Source: Tubiluchus corallicola
Lineage: Eukaryota > Animalia > Priapulida
Assembly (NCBI GenBank): GCA_030141605.1
Contig: JAQGDQ010000196.1
Span: 248,001 to 312,000, forward strand
Direction of reading: 5' to 3'
Length of the DNA stretch: 64,000 nucleotides
This document shows positions 27,882-40,699 of this stretch, piece by piece. The translations under genes were made by a program, and so were the position numbers. Below the pieces are notes generated by a model, which had not been told where the DNA came from, searched no databases, and saw only the letters and a list, made by a program, of their open reading frames with translations. Position 1 is the stretch's first letter; every line of letters starts with the position of its first letter.

Positions 27882-30800
27882 GTTTGGTTCACTTAACAGA
27901 CAATCTTTTTTTTCTGTTTAATGCTTATTCCCCCTTGCCTCCTTGGGGCAGTCTTATCATTGCAGATATATTCTTTTTTAATTTTATAGTTTTCCTTTTT
28001 CTGCACCTGTTATGATGGCACTGTAAAACATTAACACTGTTAAAAAACTTTGCTTTCCAGCCTTAAAATTTTATATGAATCCCTATAGCCAAGGATGCTA
28101 CCATGTGCATATCTCATTAATAACTGGCAAAAAGTTTATGATTTTCAGCAAGGTTATAATTTTCAACAGCATTGAACTAAACTTTTCTCCTCAATTTCTC
28201 TTTTGGCCTGTTAGAGGTGTAGTGAATTATAATGAATTCTGTCGTAAATTTCAGCTATGATTATCATAAAACAGTTGATGGAGAGCCAAGCATTACTTTT
28301 ATCCTTCATTGGCCATTATTGACACAATTTTAGAACTGTGTAAGAGGATCCATTCTAAACACATCATTGACACAAAATAAAATTACTAATGTGATCTGAA
28401 TTTGTTAGCGCTACAGCCTACAGGAAATAGGGGCCATTTGCCATTTCCATACAATGTGCTATATTTACTAGCTGAATAACCATGAAGTGCAGTGGACAAT
28501 AGGGGAGTAAAATCATAAATGTGTTATTCATGCTTCTTGTTCATGCTCAAAAGTAATGTTGTTACAGTTAATGTAGAAGTGCATAGATTTTACTAATGCT
28601 GCAATTTATTATTTAAAGTGCTATAATGGCATTATTAACTGCGGAATTGATTAAGTTTGATAATCACTGAGTTGCCAAAAGCTGTGACCAGCCATTGAAT
28701 GCTTGTGCTATTCTCATAAATTAAAAATGTTAATGTGCAGATTGCATGTGTGCTATTGAAATAGAAGTATGAGTTCAAAGTGAATAAAAACTCTTTGTAT
28801 TTGCAATAATTTGTGTTGCTCAATAAAAAGTGAATGACTCATTTTTATCCATATGAGTAATTTGTTTGTCTTCCACTAGGTGGTAATAGTAGGCAACGGT
28901 GCTGTAGGAAAATCATCTATGATACAGAGGTACTGCAAAGGCATTTTCACCAAGGAGTACAAGAAGACTATAGGTGTTGACTTTTTGGAAAAACAATTTC
29001 AGTAAGTGCTTTGTTTAACTGAGGTAACTCAGTTACTACAAGACCTATTGCAGAGTCTTTGTTGATAAAAAGTGTGCTTTAAAGTTTCTTTTAGGTCAAC
29101 CATCCGTCTAACTCACATACTTCTAGTTGCAACAACTTGTAACAATATACCAGAATATCCAACAGTTGATCATGTTTTATTAAGTAGTTTTCTTGTAATT
29201 AAAGTCTTCTTGAAAAAGTGGACATCTGTCAGCTTGATGACTGTTGCAGAATTAACGGGGAAGATGTGCGGCTAATGTTATGGGATACAGCCGGTCAAGA
29301 AGAATTTGATGCAATAACAAAGGCATATTACAGAGGCAAGTACCTTTCAAAGTTGCAAGCTTCTTGACTGCTTCACAGTTTTTATCACTATATGGCAATT
29401 GGGTGTGTATGGAAATCACAAACATATCATAAACTAAATTTGCAAGCATGGTTAAAGCACCTTGCTTTAGTATGTAAACTTTAGGTATAATGCACATTAT
29501 AAATGTGCAAGAAGAAAGTTTTTAACATTTTTATACAGTTTGGCACTCTGAAGCTGGAGTTCTAATGATTGTGGTAGGATTGGGACCTTGGTGTATCAGT
29601 CACATGCGGATATGAATACCACGTAAACAGCCATAAACAAACTCCTCAACAGTATAAACAGCCATAATTAAGCCGGCAGTAGCAAGTATCAAACCCTAGT
29701 GGTTACCTATCCATTTTCTGATTAAGCTTGACATTACTTAATTTCAGTTACTAAGTATGCACTGTTAACTCACTCAAAATTTTGGCTGTTGTCTGGATAG
29801 GTCTTAGCTTGTGTTTGTGTTCAAATTTGTAGTTTTCTACAAAGATTTAATTTCTTTTAGAAACTAAAGTTATTTGTTTAAATCAATTTTAAATCTGTAC
29901 AGTAATGTGCCTGCAGTCTCGCATTTTGTTTTATAAAACTGACAGGCAAATAAGTATATTGTGTTTTTACTTTGCACTAAGCTAATTTCCATTTGTTTTG
30001 TGTTGGTCTTCGATGTTGATTATCTACATGCAAGAAAACAGTTTGTTACCTTATTTGTGGGACACGTATGTCCAGCCTTCCGCGCTTCACGGTCGTCCTC
30101 TTTTCTTCCCTAAATTGCATTTATCTGCCGTGTTGTAATTTGCATATATTTTCCTTGACAAGCAAAATGACAGGTTAGACAAATTCATTCATTGTTCTGT
30201 AATAAAAGTTACTAGTTTTTCTAATTATTGGTTAGAAATTTCATCATGCCAGTTTGTTAGTGAAGTGAAACTATGTTACAGATAAACAAGTACGTGATAT
30301 GGGGGGAAATTCTACTGTGAGTTGATCGGGGTGGGCAAATAAAATTTGTGTCTCTGCTGCTATGTAATTGATATTTCTTGAATGACATTGCCTGATTGAA
30401 ACATAATTAATGATCTTCTATTAAACCTTGAATTAATATACTTCGTTGTACCATAATTAATCCATCGTTTGTTGAAGAATGGGGCATAGAAATAATTATG
30501 ACTCCTATCTCAACTGCTTTCTACTCCTATCTTTAGTCACATTGTTGTTGTTATACCATTTCAGGTGCTCAAGCTTGTGTTCTAGCTTTCTCTACTGTAG
30601 ACAGAAGTTCTTTTGATGCAATAGAAAAATGGAAAAAGAAAGTGAGCATTTTAGAATAATTAGATAAATATACATAAAGCAAATTACTGATCGTAAGTGA
30701 TTCGCTTAGATACTACTTCTTTTTTGCTGTTCCTCCATATTTGTTAAACATTGAATGTTGACAAAGTGTTGGATACAAAACATTGTAGAGGAGCTTCAGA

Positions 30801-33800
30801 GGAGCTAAATGCACAATACTTGTTGTGATGACAAAAAGTATAACAGTAGAATAGAAAACTTTAAATATTTATTGATGTAAAAGATTAAACAAAAATATCG
30901 GTAAAAATATAGGCATATAAGGTCTTGTAACAGCCAACTAGTGAGAACAGAATGTAACAAAATTGGAGCAAACTGTTCACTATTGGGCTAAACCTGTTTT
31001 TAGAACAGGGTAACAGATAGGTAGAAGCCATCTACTACATCAGTAGTGATTTTACAGATTACTGAGCTAATTACAATTTAAATGTAATTTTTGTAATTTT
31101 CTGGTCATTCACAATGTCAATACTTAAGATTAGGTTTAAGTGAACAAGCGGTGACCAAGAAATTTTGTCTAGTGAAATTCCTGGGTTGTTCATATCCATG
31201 GCCATATCTAATGTTTAAGGCTGGAGGTAGATCCACGAATCAACTGTAGTTACCTGTGTACTTTCTTACATCCAGCCTGCCTCTGGGTCTGTACAATTTA
31301 CAAGAATGATCTCTAATATTAGCTGCATTCCTCAAGGATGGCTCATCTTGAATGTTAGTTTTATTGATAATCTGAAAAACCTGAATCATGAAATTTTGCA
31401 TATAAAATTTAGAGAATAGGCAATTCATGTTTTCTGAAAAGCTTCCTATTAATTTGTTTGCTTTGAGGAAAACTAGGTCATCTGTTAAAACAAGGTATCA
31501 CTAGCAAAGACTTACAAAGCTCAGTGAATTAACCAAGTGCCAAATAAATTAATCCACATTATTTAGGTTGCTATGGCAATGCGGTAATGATGATAGTTTA
31601 ACTAGAAGTAGCACACCATTAATTATGTGCTGATTGTGCAATGGCTCTTACTAGCTTAGATTTTTGTAACAGCGAGGATCTTGTGATATCTGAGCTTACA
31701 CAAACATTTTTGATTTTTAGTTAAATATGTTTTGAAACATCTATATTCATTTGTTTTAATGATAAATATACGTATTACATATATTCAGCATAGCAGTTTT
31801 ATGAAGGTGATTAAAAAAATGTTTCTTTTATTTTTCTGCTGTTATCATCACAAATGTACTTTTCAGATGTCTGTTGCCTTCATATATAATTAAAGCAACA
31901 TTTCTGACTTATTAACTTGGTTTACTCTATTAGCTTCTCAAACTCAGCTGTAGGCTTCGATCATCCATGATGTATAATCAATAGATTTAATTAGCTTCGT
32001 TTAGACTAAGCTTGCATGTAATTTATGCTGGTTCTTAATCATGTTGGTTTGTTTTGGCAGGTGGAAAGTGAATGCTCTTACATACCTACTGTATTGGTGC
32101 AGAATAAGATGGACCTAATTGATCAGTCAGTGGTCCCCAAGTAAGTGTTGATAAGTACTGTCTCCTATGCATGTATGGCAATGTAACGAAAGAGGGTGAA
32201 AGGTGCAAAGGAAGAATGATGTACGACAGGAAGGAAGGAGCAAAGGAAAGCCATTAGTGTAATTACTAACTTGGAGTATAGTGACATTTGGAATTTAAGG
32301 CTGTAGTTGTCTATCATGTAATAACATGTTATTGACATAAAATACAAATTGTTTGTGTTTTATATTACGCAGTAGTTTGCATTAATGGTTCTAACATAGA
32401 AGCTGTTCATATGTTTTCATCTCTAAAGTTTGAGCATTGAACAAACATGATATTGGATTGCCACGTTGCATTATTTTTTTAATATCCTCGTGTAGATTTT
32501 GCTGCTTATAGTAAAGTTGTAGGTGCGAAAGTGTAATCAGCAAAAGAAAATTGGTAACAATAGTAGTGTTATTTTTGATTAAAAAGCATTAACCATAAAA
32601 TGGATTAATGTATTTTACTGCATAAATCTTGACACATTTGGATAAGTACAGTAGACACATACACACGTGCACAGATTAATGAAATTATTATAGTCTATCT
32701 AAGAATCACCAAAAGTGCACATAGTGCACACAGTTATTATAGATAAAACTAAAATCATAATATGTATGTTTGATGCATACTTATATATGTATATGTATAC
32801 AGATTACTTTTGCATTTGTTTTAGGGAAGATGCTGAAGGGTTAGCTAAACGACTAAAACTACGGTTGTATCGAACGTCCGTGAAAGAAAATTTACACATA
32901 GATGATGGTAATTAAATAGTACATGTTTTACATGTATCATTGGCATAATAAACTGTAAAGAATGTAAGAACCTGGTTCTGTAATGCAAAAAGAACTTTTA
33001 AATTATGTCATTAGTTTAGAAGTGACAAGTAACAAGCTGTGCGCCATTTTGTATCACCAAAGTGTCTTGTTCTTTTTACAAAGTAATATATTGTATCACC
33101 ATCCCAATGTACACCACTGGCTCACCAAAAAAACATTAATCTTTTTGACAGTATAAAGTAATTAATACTTTTCTTTAGTTAGTGAAGAGTTTGCTACTGC
33201 AAATGCTCTGATTATTTTTTCAAACTTTACGCATTGTTATTTTTTATCTAAAGTTGTTTCAAACATCTGACTGTTCAAATGGCCATGCTTAATGGTCATT
33301 TCAAGGCAAACTTTTGAATTTTATTTATGAAAAGTGTTTTCTTGTCCTTAATGTCTTTTTTAATATTTTATCATTGTCATATTCCTTATTTAATATAATT
33401 TTTAAAATTCTTTCCATGTCATTTTGTCAGAAATGAAAATTTGACAAAGTTCTTGAAGAAATGAATCATGACATCATTCCCATTGAGAAACAACATGAAT
33501 CATACTTTTGTCATCTTATAACCCTCAGAACTATTCCACTAGAGTCCTTCAAAGCTGTGAATAACTGCAGTGCTAGATATTAAGATACTATTATTATTTA
33601 TTTGTACATCAATGTACATTAATACCACATGGTCATGCAGTACATTAGTAATTTTACAAATGTAATCAGTTACTGATTTATAATACATTAATCACAAAAT
33701 TATACAATGGAAAAAACAAAGCAATAAAGAGACAAAAATGACAATAATTAACTTTAAAAGTTATACTTTAAAATACTATGAAATTATTTGCATGTGGTTA

Positions 33801-35317
33801 ATCCTGCATAATAAACATTAAAATTTCATTTAATTCAGTCAAGATAAGAAAAGAGAATTCTGCTGCTTCTATTGTATTTAAAATATCCATGGCCAGAGAT
33901 GCACTAGAAGTTTGATCATCAGTTAGTCTGCATTCCTCTATAAATACATATGATTGGACAAGCTTCGGCTTAGATATCATCAATGCATAATCTATATTGT
34001 AATTTTGGCAGATGTACTTCACATTATTTCCCATATGTGATAGAACTGAATAACAACTTTGTCGAGCAACTTTGTTCTTTCCTGAAAATTAAATCCTGCT
34101 AACCGTTTCGTTAATTTTCATCTATTTATTATTCTGTCCAGGGGAGGAGGCAGTCATTTCCTGACACCCTTACTCTTTATACATGTTTTTATAGAAAGAC
34201 GTAGAGACGAGAATTGAGAATGTACGTCCTTCATTAACTTTTTGCAATAAGTTACATAAATTTGTTTGCAGTTTTCAGGTATTTAGCAGAAAAATATTTA
34301 CAGCAGATGAACAGTTCAGTAGATGACTGTCAGATGCATCGTATTGGCGGGCACAGTAAGTAGAAGTTTCTCTGTCTTTAGTTCTGCACTTCTAGTGATT
34401 TTTTTTGCAAAGTACATGTGCTTATCTGGCAGTCAAGAGTAATAAATACGAAAGATATTACATAAGATACCTGTGTTTCATAATGTGAATTGTGCTTCAG
34501 AAGTAATACATTTTTCTGATTGAGTATCCAGTAATTAAATTTATGAAACTACTGCAAAGTAATACATAAAGTTAAGATGCGATGCAAGTGGACTGTACAG
34601 TTGTCTAATCATGCTGCTGTTTAAATAATATTTGAAAATAATAACTTTACTTAATGAATTAAAAGCTTACAAGTTAATCGTTGTTAAACCTAATTAGTAA
34701 TTTGTTTGGAGACACACTGAATATTTCATTCATTGAGTGTTGCTTTCTTGAATGAAGATACTTCAGGAAAGCAGTTGAAAGCCTTGGAGCCTTGAAAATT
34801 AACTAGTGTTGCTTTCAAGTAATGCATATGCCTTTGAATGTATGATAAATGGTAAGATATTTTGAAGAAAATTATTGTGAAAATGTCTAGCAGATTGTTT
34901 TTAATCTTCACTAGCAGAAATTGCAGGTTTGCCTGTTGTAGCATAATGCTCATTAAATTTTGTTGATAGAAGACAAGTCATGTCACTTTGCAAGAATGAG
35001 TGTGCAACAGGAAGTGTTGCCAGAAGAAACTTTCTGTAATTCAGTGCATTTTTATAGAGGCATATCTTGCTAGTAACATAGTATTTTTACTTTAGACATT
35101 GGTCTTGCTTGTGGCAATTTGTATAAAAAATTGTGCAATCAAAGCACTGAAGTTCCTATATATGCTTGTTGTGCTAATTTGACATATTATTAATGCAGAT
35201 GCGTTTGCAACTGGGAACGGGGTGCCCGGAAAAGGACGTGAGACGATCCAGCTTCATCCGAGCAAGAGGAGAACACAGGGAAAGAAATCTCCCCTTGGAA
35301 GGTGTAAGCTATTATGA
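27849..35317 (+). CDS. RAB23: Ras-related protein Rab-23, complete spliced CDS (227 aa, C-terminal CKLL prenylation motif)
   Basis: Coding exons 27849-27881, 28880-29001, 29250-29335, 30565-30641, 32061-32140, 32825-32907, 34272-34355, 35199-35317 (684 nt, all phases consistent). Motifs [46 protein letters not shown]. Confidence 0.96.
28880..29001 (+). CDS. RAB23: RAB23 coding exon 2 (P-loop, switch I)
   Basis: [40 protein letters not shown]; actag| and |gtaagt boundaries. Confidence 0.96.
29250..29335 (+). CDS. RAB23: RAB23 coding exon 3 (switch II), followed by a GC donor
   Basis: [28 protein letters not shown]; G|gcaagt. Confidence 0.95.
30565..30641 (+). CDS. RAB23: RAB23 coding exon 4
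   Basis: [26 protein letters not shown]; ttcag| and |gtgagc. Confidence 0.95.
31240..31400 (-). mobile_element. CR1-like LINE ORF2 3'-end fragment in RAB23 intron 4
   Basis: MIQVFQI...[20 protein letters not shown] resembles the CR1 C-terminal TRGHxxKLxKxRxRLDVRK motif. Confidence 0.6.
32061..32140 (+). CDS. RAB23: RAB23 coding exon 5 (NKxD)
   Basis: [26 protein letters not shown]; ggcag| and |gtaagt. Confidence 0.95.
32825..32907 (+). CDS. RAB23: RAB23 coding exon 6
   Basis: [27 protein letters not shown]; tttag| and |gtaatt. Confidence 0.95.
34272..34355 (+). CDS. RAB23: RAB23 coding exon 7
   Basis: [28 protein letters not shown]; tgcag| and |gtaagt. Confidence 0.92.
35199..35317 (+). 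CDS. RAB23: RAB23 last coding exon (basic tail, CaaX-type CKLL)
   Basis: [39 protein letters not shown]. Confidence 0.9.
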
Positions 35318-36234
35318 ACTATCCAGCTCCAGTCCTCGGCACTGCCTATACTAATCAAACGATGGGGAATCTTTAGTGCAGTTTACTTCTGTGATTACAT
35401 GCAACACATTATGTCTCGTACATCTTGTAATATCCTGTGTAGCTGAACGTCGTGTTCTAAGATGTGGTGCGTTCTCTAACATTGCGTAGAACATTATGTT
35501 ATTTTGAAAAACTCGTAACACAGGTTTAAAGCAAAATGTAGATAGCTGACAATAGGTTCGTTAAGCGTATTTGAACATGTCCACTGTCTAGCAGTGCTAA
35601 TGGCAACTGGTGCATTGTGGTTACAGATTACTGCTCACAGTGATAAACTAAAAGGTGTGCATTGTAGCCATATTTGCCCTAATTCGGTACATCTTGCATA
35701 TCGTAACGGAAAAAAGACGTATTTTTGAACTCTGATGTAAAACTATTTGAGGTATTAAATATTGAAAGACAGAATGTTTTTCAAGAAAGATATGCTTCAA
35801 AGAAATATTACGGGGAGTCTAATTTTGTTAGTTAATTGTTGTCTAACATACTTCCAGCTATTCAGGTGGGTGACAGTGCAGGCTTGGATTTTGAAAACAC
35901 ATGCACAATAACAGTTTGTGCCTGATCAGAATGCAACTTAAAAAACCTGGCTGAAATCTTGAATTATAGCTTAAAACAATTTACGTTATAAAATATTGAA
36001 AAGGAATGTATAATTTTTCAAAAATAACTTACATGAAGGAATTATTACCACAGAAATGCAATTTCCTATTCGCATGGCTAGTTCTTTGCTGTTACATGAG
36101 CACTACCGCTTGGAACATTTCGTTAAAAACAGGTGTTGTACCTCTCAGTTCAGAGGTGTTCAGTGGTGATGTAGTATGCACGTTTGAGAGCACTTGCGTG
36201 AGCACAGCAATAAGCTTGAAATATAAATTCTAGA

Positions 36235-36918
36235 CTTATAATTTGCCAAGTTTTTATATATCACACTGTATATTGTACAGTAGCACTGGACTTCAATTTT
36301 TGTTTTTGCAGACATATACAACACACACGTGCAATGTTTGAACTATTGAAACTTATGTTCAATTGTGATGTCATCACTAGTTGGGCTCGTTTGCTCTTCA
36401 TTAAGTTTTTAATCTATTATTTAATTATCAGAAACACACTGTGACATCATTACCGATGTTAAAATGTATTCTTTTTCTGCAGTTCAAAACGGGGTGTGTT
36501 ATGAAAAATCATCCTGTTTTTCTTTAATCATGTCATGATGGCAGCATTGTTAGATTATTCATTAATCCAGTGATGAGCTTAAAATGTGAAATTGTCAATT
36601 TAAATTTGCGATGTTTTGTATTTAATTGTCAGTCTTATACAGTAGTGCCAAGCTTCAATTTTTGCTTTTGAAAATGTGTGAAACTCTCATGATGGTTTCT
36701 ACATTTAGAAAAATTTTCTCACTTGTAAACTCACCGTTACCTATGCTTACCTGCTGTTAATGAATTTTTTCATATAATTTCCGTAGTGCTCCCGTAGGTA
36801 TAATATCACAGTCTCAATGTAAATCAGAAACTTTTGGTAATTATTGTAGTTAATAAAATGTATGTCTGAGACCAGGTCAAAAGAGTTTGGTCTGAGAAAT
36901 CATACTATTTTCCTTTAA
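36235..36918. repeat. Two adjacent diverged copies of the Kolobok-like MITE end seen at 14040-14330
   Basis: Shared gtacagta...cttcaatttt...tcagaaa...ctttaa; tgtgatgtcatcactagtt is also in the first copy. Copies end in TTAA at 36527 and 36918. Confidence 0.6.
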
Positions 36919-39900
36919 ATAAATTATCATCTAAAGACATAGTTTTAATATAATGACGAGTTTTGCACTGTGTTGCTGCGATTAGCGATGACCACTAATT
37001 TATATTAACAATGGACAAAAATTGTTTCAGATGAGCGGTCCAGTTCTTCCCACTAAATGACATTATGCTTATTTATGCTATTGCTGTCTGCCAGCGCTTT
37101 CATTAATTCATGGTTGTGCTAGAAAAATTGTGAACAGGGTAACTAACAGACGGAACATTATGCAATGTACTGTATTTTAGTACAAATGCCAATTACCAAA
37201 TGCAGCATGCCCAGTGTCTAATTCATCCACATGTGTTACAGTATTGTGTTCTATAATTCTCCTCTTTAAGACAAGTCATCTTACCATTATACTTCTACAT
37301 TGTTTAACTGACAAAAAGAAACTCTAACATATGTTTATTGTTTAACTTTGCATTTTGGTTATCACCAAGATCGTTTAATGTACTAACATACAATTTTATT
37401 GACTATATCTTACTGTGACATTTTTACTTTTTTATGTTTCTTTATTTTAGAAATGTTTTAAATAATGCCAACATTGATTTCTTGAACGTGTAACTTTACT
37501 TATATTTTATAATCTTTAATTTATTCAGGGTTCTTATTAGGGTCACCATAATTATTATTTTTGTACATAGCTTATTAACGTACATTTATTATTTTATGTA
37601 AAAATGATGTGCTTATTCTATTGCTTATGTTAGGACAATTTTAAAAAAATCCCTTAGGTCATTTATTAGCGTTTGATTTTGTTCATGTTAGATAAATGTC
37701 AGCAATACTTTTATTGCATACTTTATCAAAAATTGAATTTTTCATTTTTTGCCATAATTAGATTGTAATTCTAACCAAATAGAATAAACTGATAGTTTCA
37801 ACGTCGAGATTAAATAAAAAGTACAGAGAATTTTGTGATTTCAATAATTAAATTGTTTTTCGCTTCGCTTAATATCTTTTACAAACTTATTTTTCAACTT
37901 TACGAATTTGTAGTTCGATTTCTGATGAAGGACATTTTTGTATAACTGTGACTAAACAAAAACTTACGTTTGCTTACACTTACTGTTAAAGGGCAGTAAA
38001 ATTCAATGACATATCTTGAAGATTTCTTGAAAAGTAAAATTAATTGCATAATAAATATTTTTATGGCTACTATTTGCTGTATTTGAGAACATTTGAGTCC
38101 AAATTTTTGGTTTTGTCATAAAAAAACGTGAATTGTACTGAGGCAAATTTATTTTGCTGTTAACATAAATACTGAACACATTACATTTATTTCAGGTGAT
38201 AGTGCTATATTTCATTCATTTTCAGCACTAACTCACTAGTGGATTTCAGCAAGCCAGCCACTCAGTCAATTTCCCTCTTAAAACGAGAAATTTTTAGTAC
38301 ATGTGCACTTAAGTAATGATCTGATTTACTATTTTGCATTTAATGACTTTGTTTCAAAACAGAAAATGGACTAGTAACATCTCCATAGTTATACATAAAA
38401 ACTTAGTACATTATAAATTTACGAGTATCTTTTTATTTTTCACAGACGTATTACAGTACTGGTGTTACCATAACAACAATCATTAATCACACTACATGGT
38501 GGCACAAATGTTTTTAGACATATAATTACAATATAAATAGGAATATCTAGCATAAATGCTATTACTAAACATATACATTATATAAATATACATCTGTTTT
38601 GTACGTACGTGCAACATGACATCATCACATACTATAATGACTACACCAAATGGTGGTAACATTTACGTACTTCTTGAACATCACGAAGGGTAAAATTGAA
38701 TTAAGTATAACCAAGGCAAATGAAGTCTGAAATTGCCAGTAGAGAAATTTCCTTTTTTTTACTGTGACTATAACCCAGTATTGTGAGGTCAGAAAATCGT
38801 TCAAACCATCTGCAACTATTCAACACTTAGCAAGCACTTTCTAAGAAAAGAACCTAGCTAGGACCACTAATGGAAGTAAACTGTGGAGCCTGTATAATAT
38901 TGTTAATGAAACTGATTTAAACAAGTACACAAACTTACTTCACTAGTAGAAAAAAAAGGTACAAGTAACGCAGAAATTCGAAATTCTGTAAATCCAGTCT
39001 AGCTTAGTCATTCAGGACTAGTGCAATAAATAATTCAGAAACTTGTAATCATAACATAATAATGTAGCATTCAGAGTCGAGAGTTTTCTCTCAAAGAAAC
39101 TTGCAAGTTTTATATCAAGAAATGTGCAAGTGTCTTCACACTAGAAAGCAGTGTCTGCTGTGACTACTCTAAGACAGTAATCATAAGCAAAACCTTATGA
39201 CGGATAATGTAGCGACATTGAGGTTAAAAGAAATTTACTCTTAGCAAATTGATTGTCTTTGCAACAGCTAGGAACTGTCAAGAGGTTTCACAATGAAAAC
39301 AGGTCGTGTCTCTATTCAAAGCGAGAAGTGTAGAAAAGATGCAGATAGTAAACTCGCAGCAGGGGCATTTACACTAAACAGTAATCAACTCGTAGCTCTT
39401 GTCTGCGACTTCGCAATTTCTTGAAACAAAAAAGTCACAAAGCAGTTATACAAACAAATTTGCTGTAAAATAGAAAATTCTGCCGTTGGCCCAAGTGCAG
39501 AAAATATATAAATCATGTGCAAACGAAAAAGCATTGTTTACAAAAAATTGCAAACTAAACCAAACTATAGGTATGGAATAACGGCTTGCTCATAAAACGG
39601 TAAGTTGTTTGAACCCCGCAACCAACACTTACATAAATTAGATATTGAAAAATCTGTAAAATACAAGGAAGAAATTGTAAGAACCTGCTTTATGTTACGG
39701 CACATTGGTAGACATTAACATCATCAAAATTCTATAAGTTATTTACACCTTGGTAATTTATAAGTTATATACACAAGGAATCACAAAATTAAATGACTGA
39801 TCAACTGAGTCGATGATACATGAACACAGTAATTAATAAACATCAGTTGTGCTGAAGGACAAATTGTGAAAAATAATAGTTCGGCGCTGAAATGCTTAAC

Positions 39901-40685
39901 ATTAGAATCCATTCGTGAAAAATTAACTTTAAGGCTATAAGAGTGAAAATTGTTCATAATAAAGCTGGGTGTGCAAAATTGTGTGTCAAAATAACAACCT
40001 AACACTTTTGCAAATCCAATGTTCATCCTGCATGATCGACATTGTGCACAAGAGCAACTCCACAAAATCATATTTAGAAAAACGTGAAAGAAAATAAATC
40101 CAAAAATCAAACTACTTGTTGTTACTAAAATCTCTTAGGAATTCTAAAAATGCAATTATTCGATTTGTGTGCAGCTAAGAATAAAGGAAAATTAATATAA
40201 TGGATTGAACTTCTAATAAAACAGAAATTTCAAGTATTAATAAGTTTCTTAACGTAAGAGCACTGGCTAGAAACTAATAATGAGATAATAATAATAATAA
40301 AACTATAACTATATTTTTACTGTTAACAATGTTCATAGACTGATAACAAAAACATTAATAGTAGCTAGTTTGGCAAAACTTATAATGCAATACTTCAACA
40401 TTTGCAAAAAGGAATCAGTGCACATTCAGCCTGTTTTTGTATCCTCTAAATCCATATTTAAGAATCACTAGAAAACCAGAAAAACAAGAAAATGGTAGTT
40501 ATGTATTATGAATGGACGAATTACTTGGTAGATGAACATGTTCCAAAAGAAAGTGAAATCAAAATTAAAGTCACGTATCCATTCTTAACTCCTGGCTCCG
40601 ATCCTATGACTAAAAATAATGCATTACATACAATGGCTGATTATATGGAAGCTCACTATCAAATAGTAGACGCACAGTGAAAAAA

Positions 40686-40699
40686 TCACACTTTGTCAT
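40686..40699 (-). CDS. UBE2W: UBE2W last coding exon (DDKV*); 3' UTR probably runs to ~38420
   Basis: tttcag|AT GAC AAA GTG TGA completes WWYHDDKV; minus-strand AATAAA at 38432-38437. Confidence 0.85.

Noticed and set aside
772-35317. Functional pairing of PPM1H (phosphatase for LRRK2-phosphorylated Rabs) with neighbouring RAB23
   Set aside because: This RAB23 has Ala (EFDAITK) at the switch-II position where LRRK2 substrates have Thr/Ser. Adjacency alone is not evidence of a link in an animal genome.
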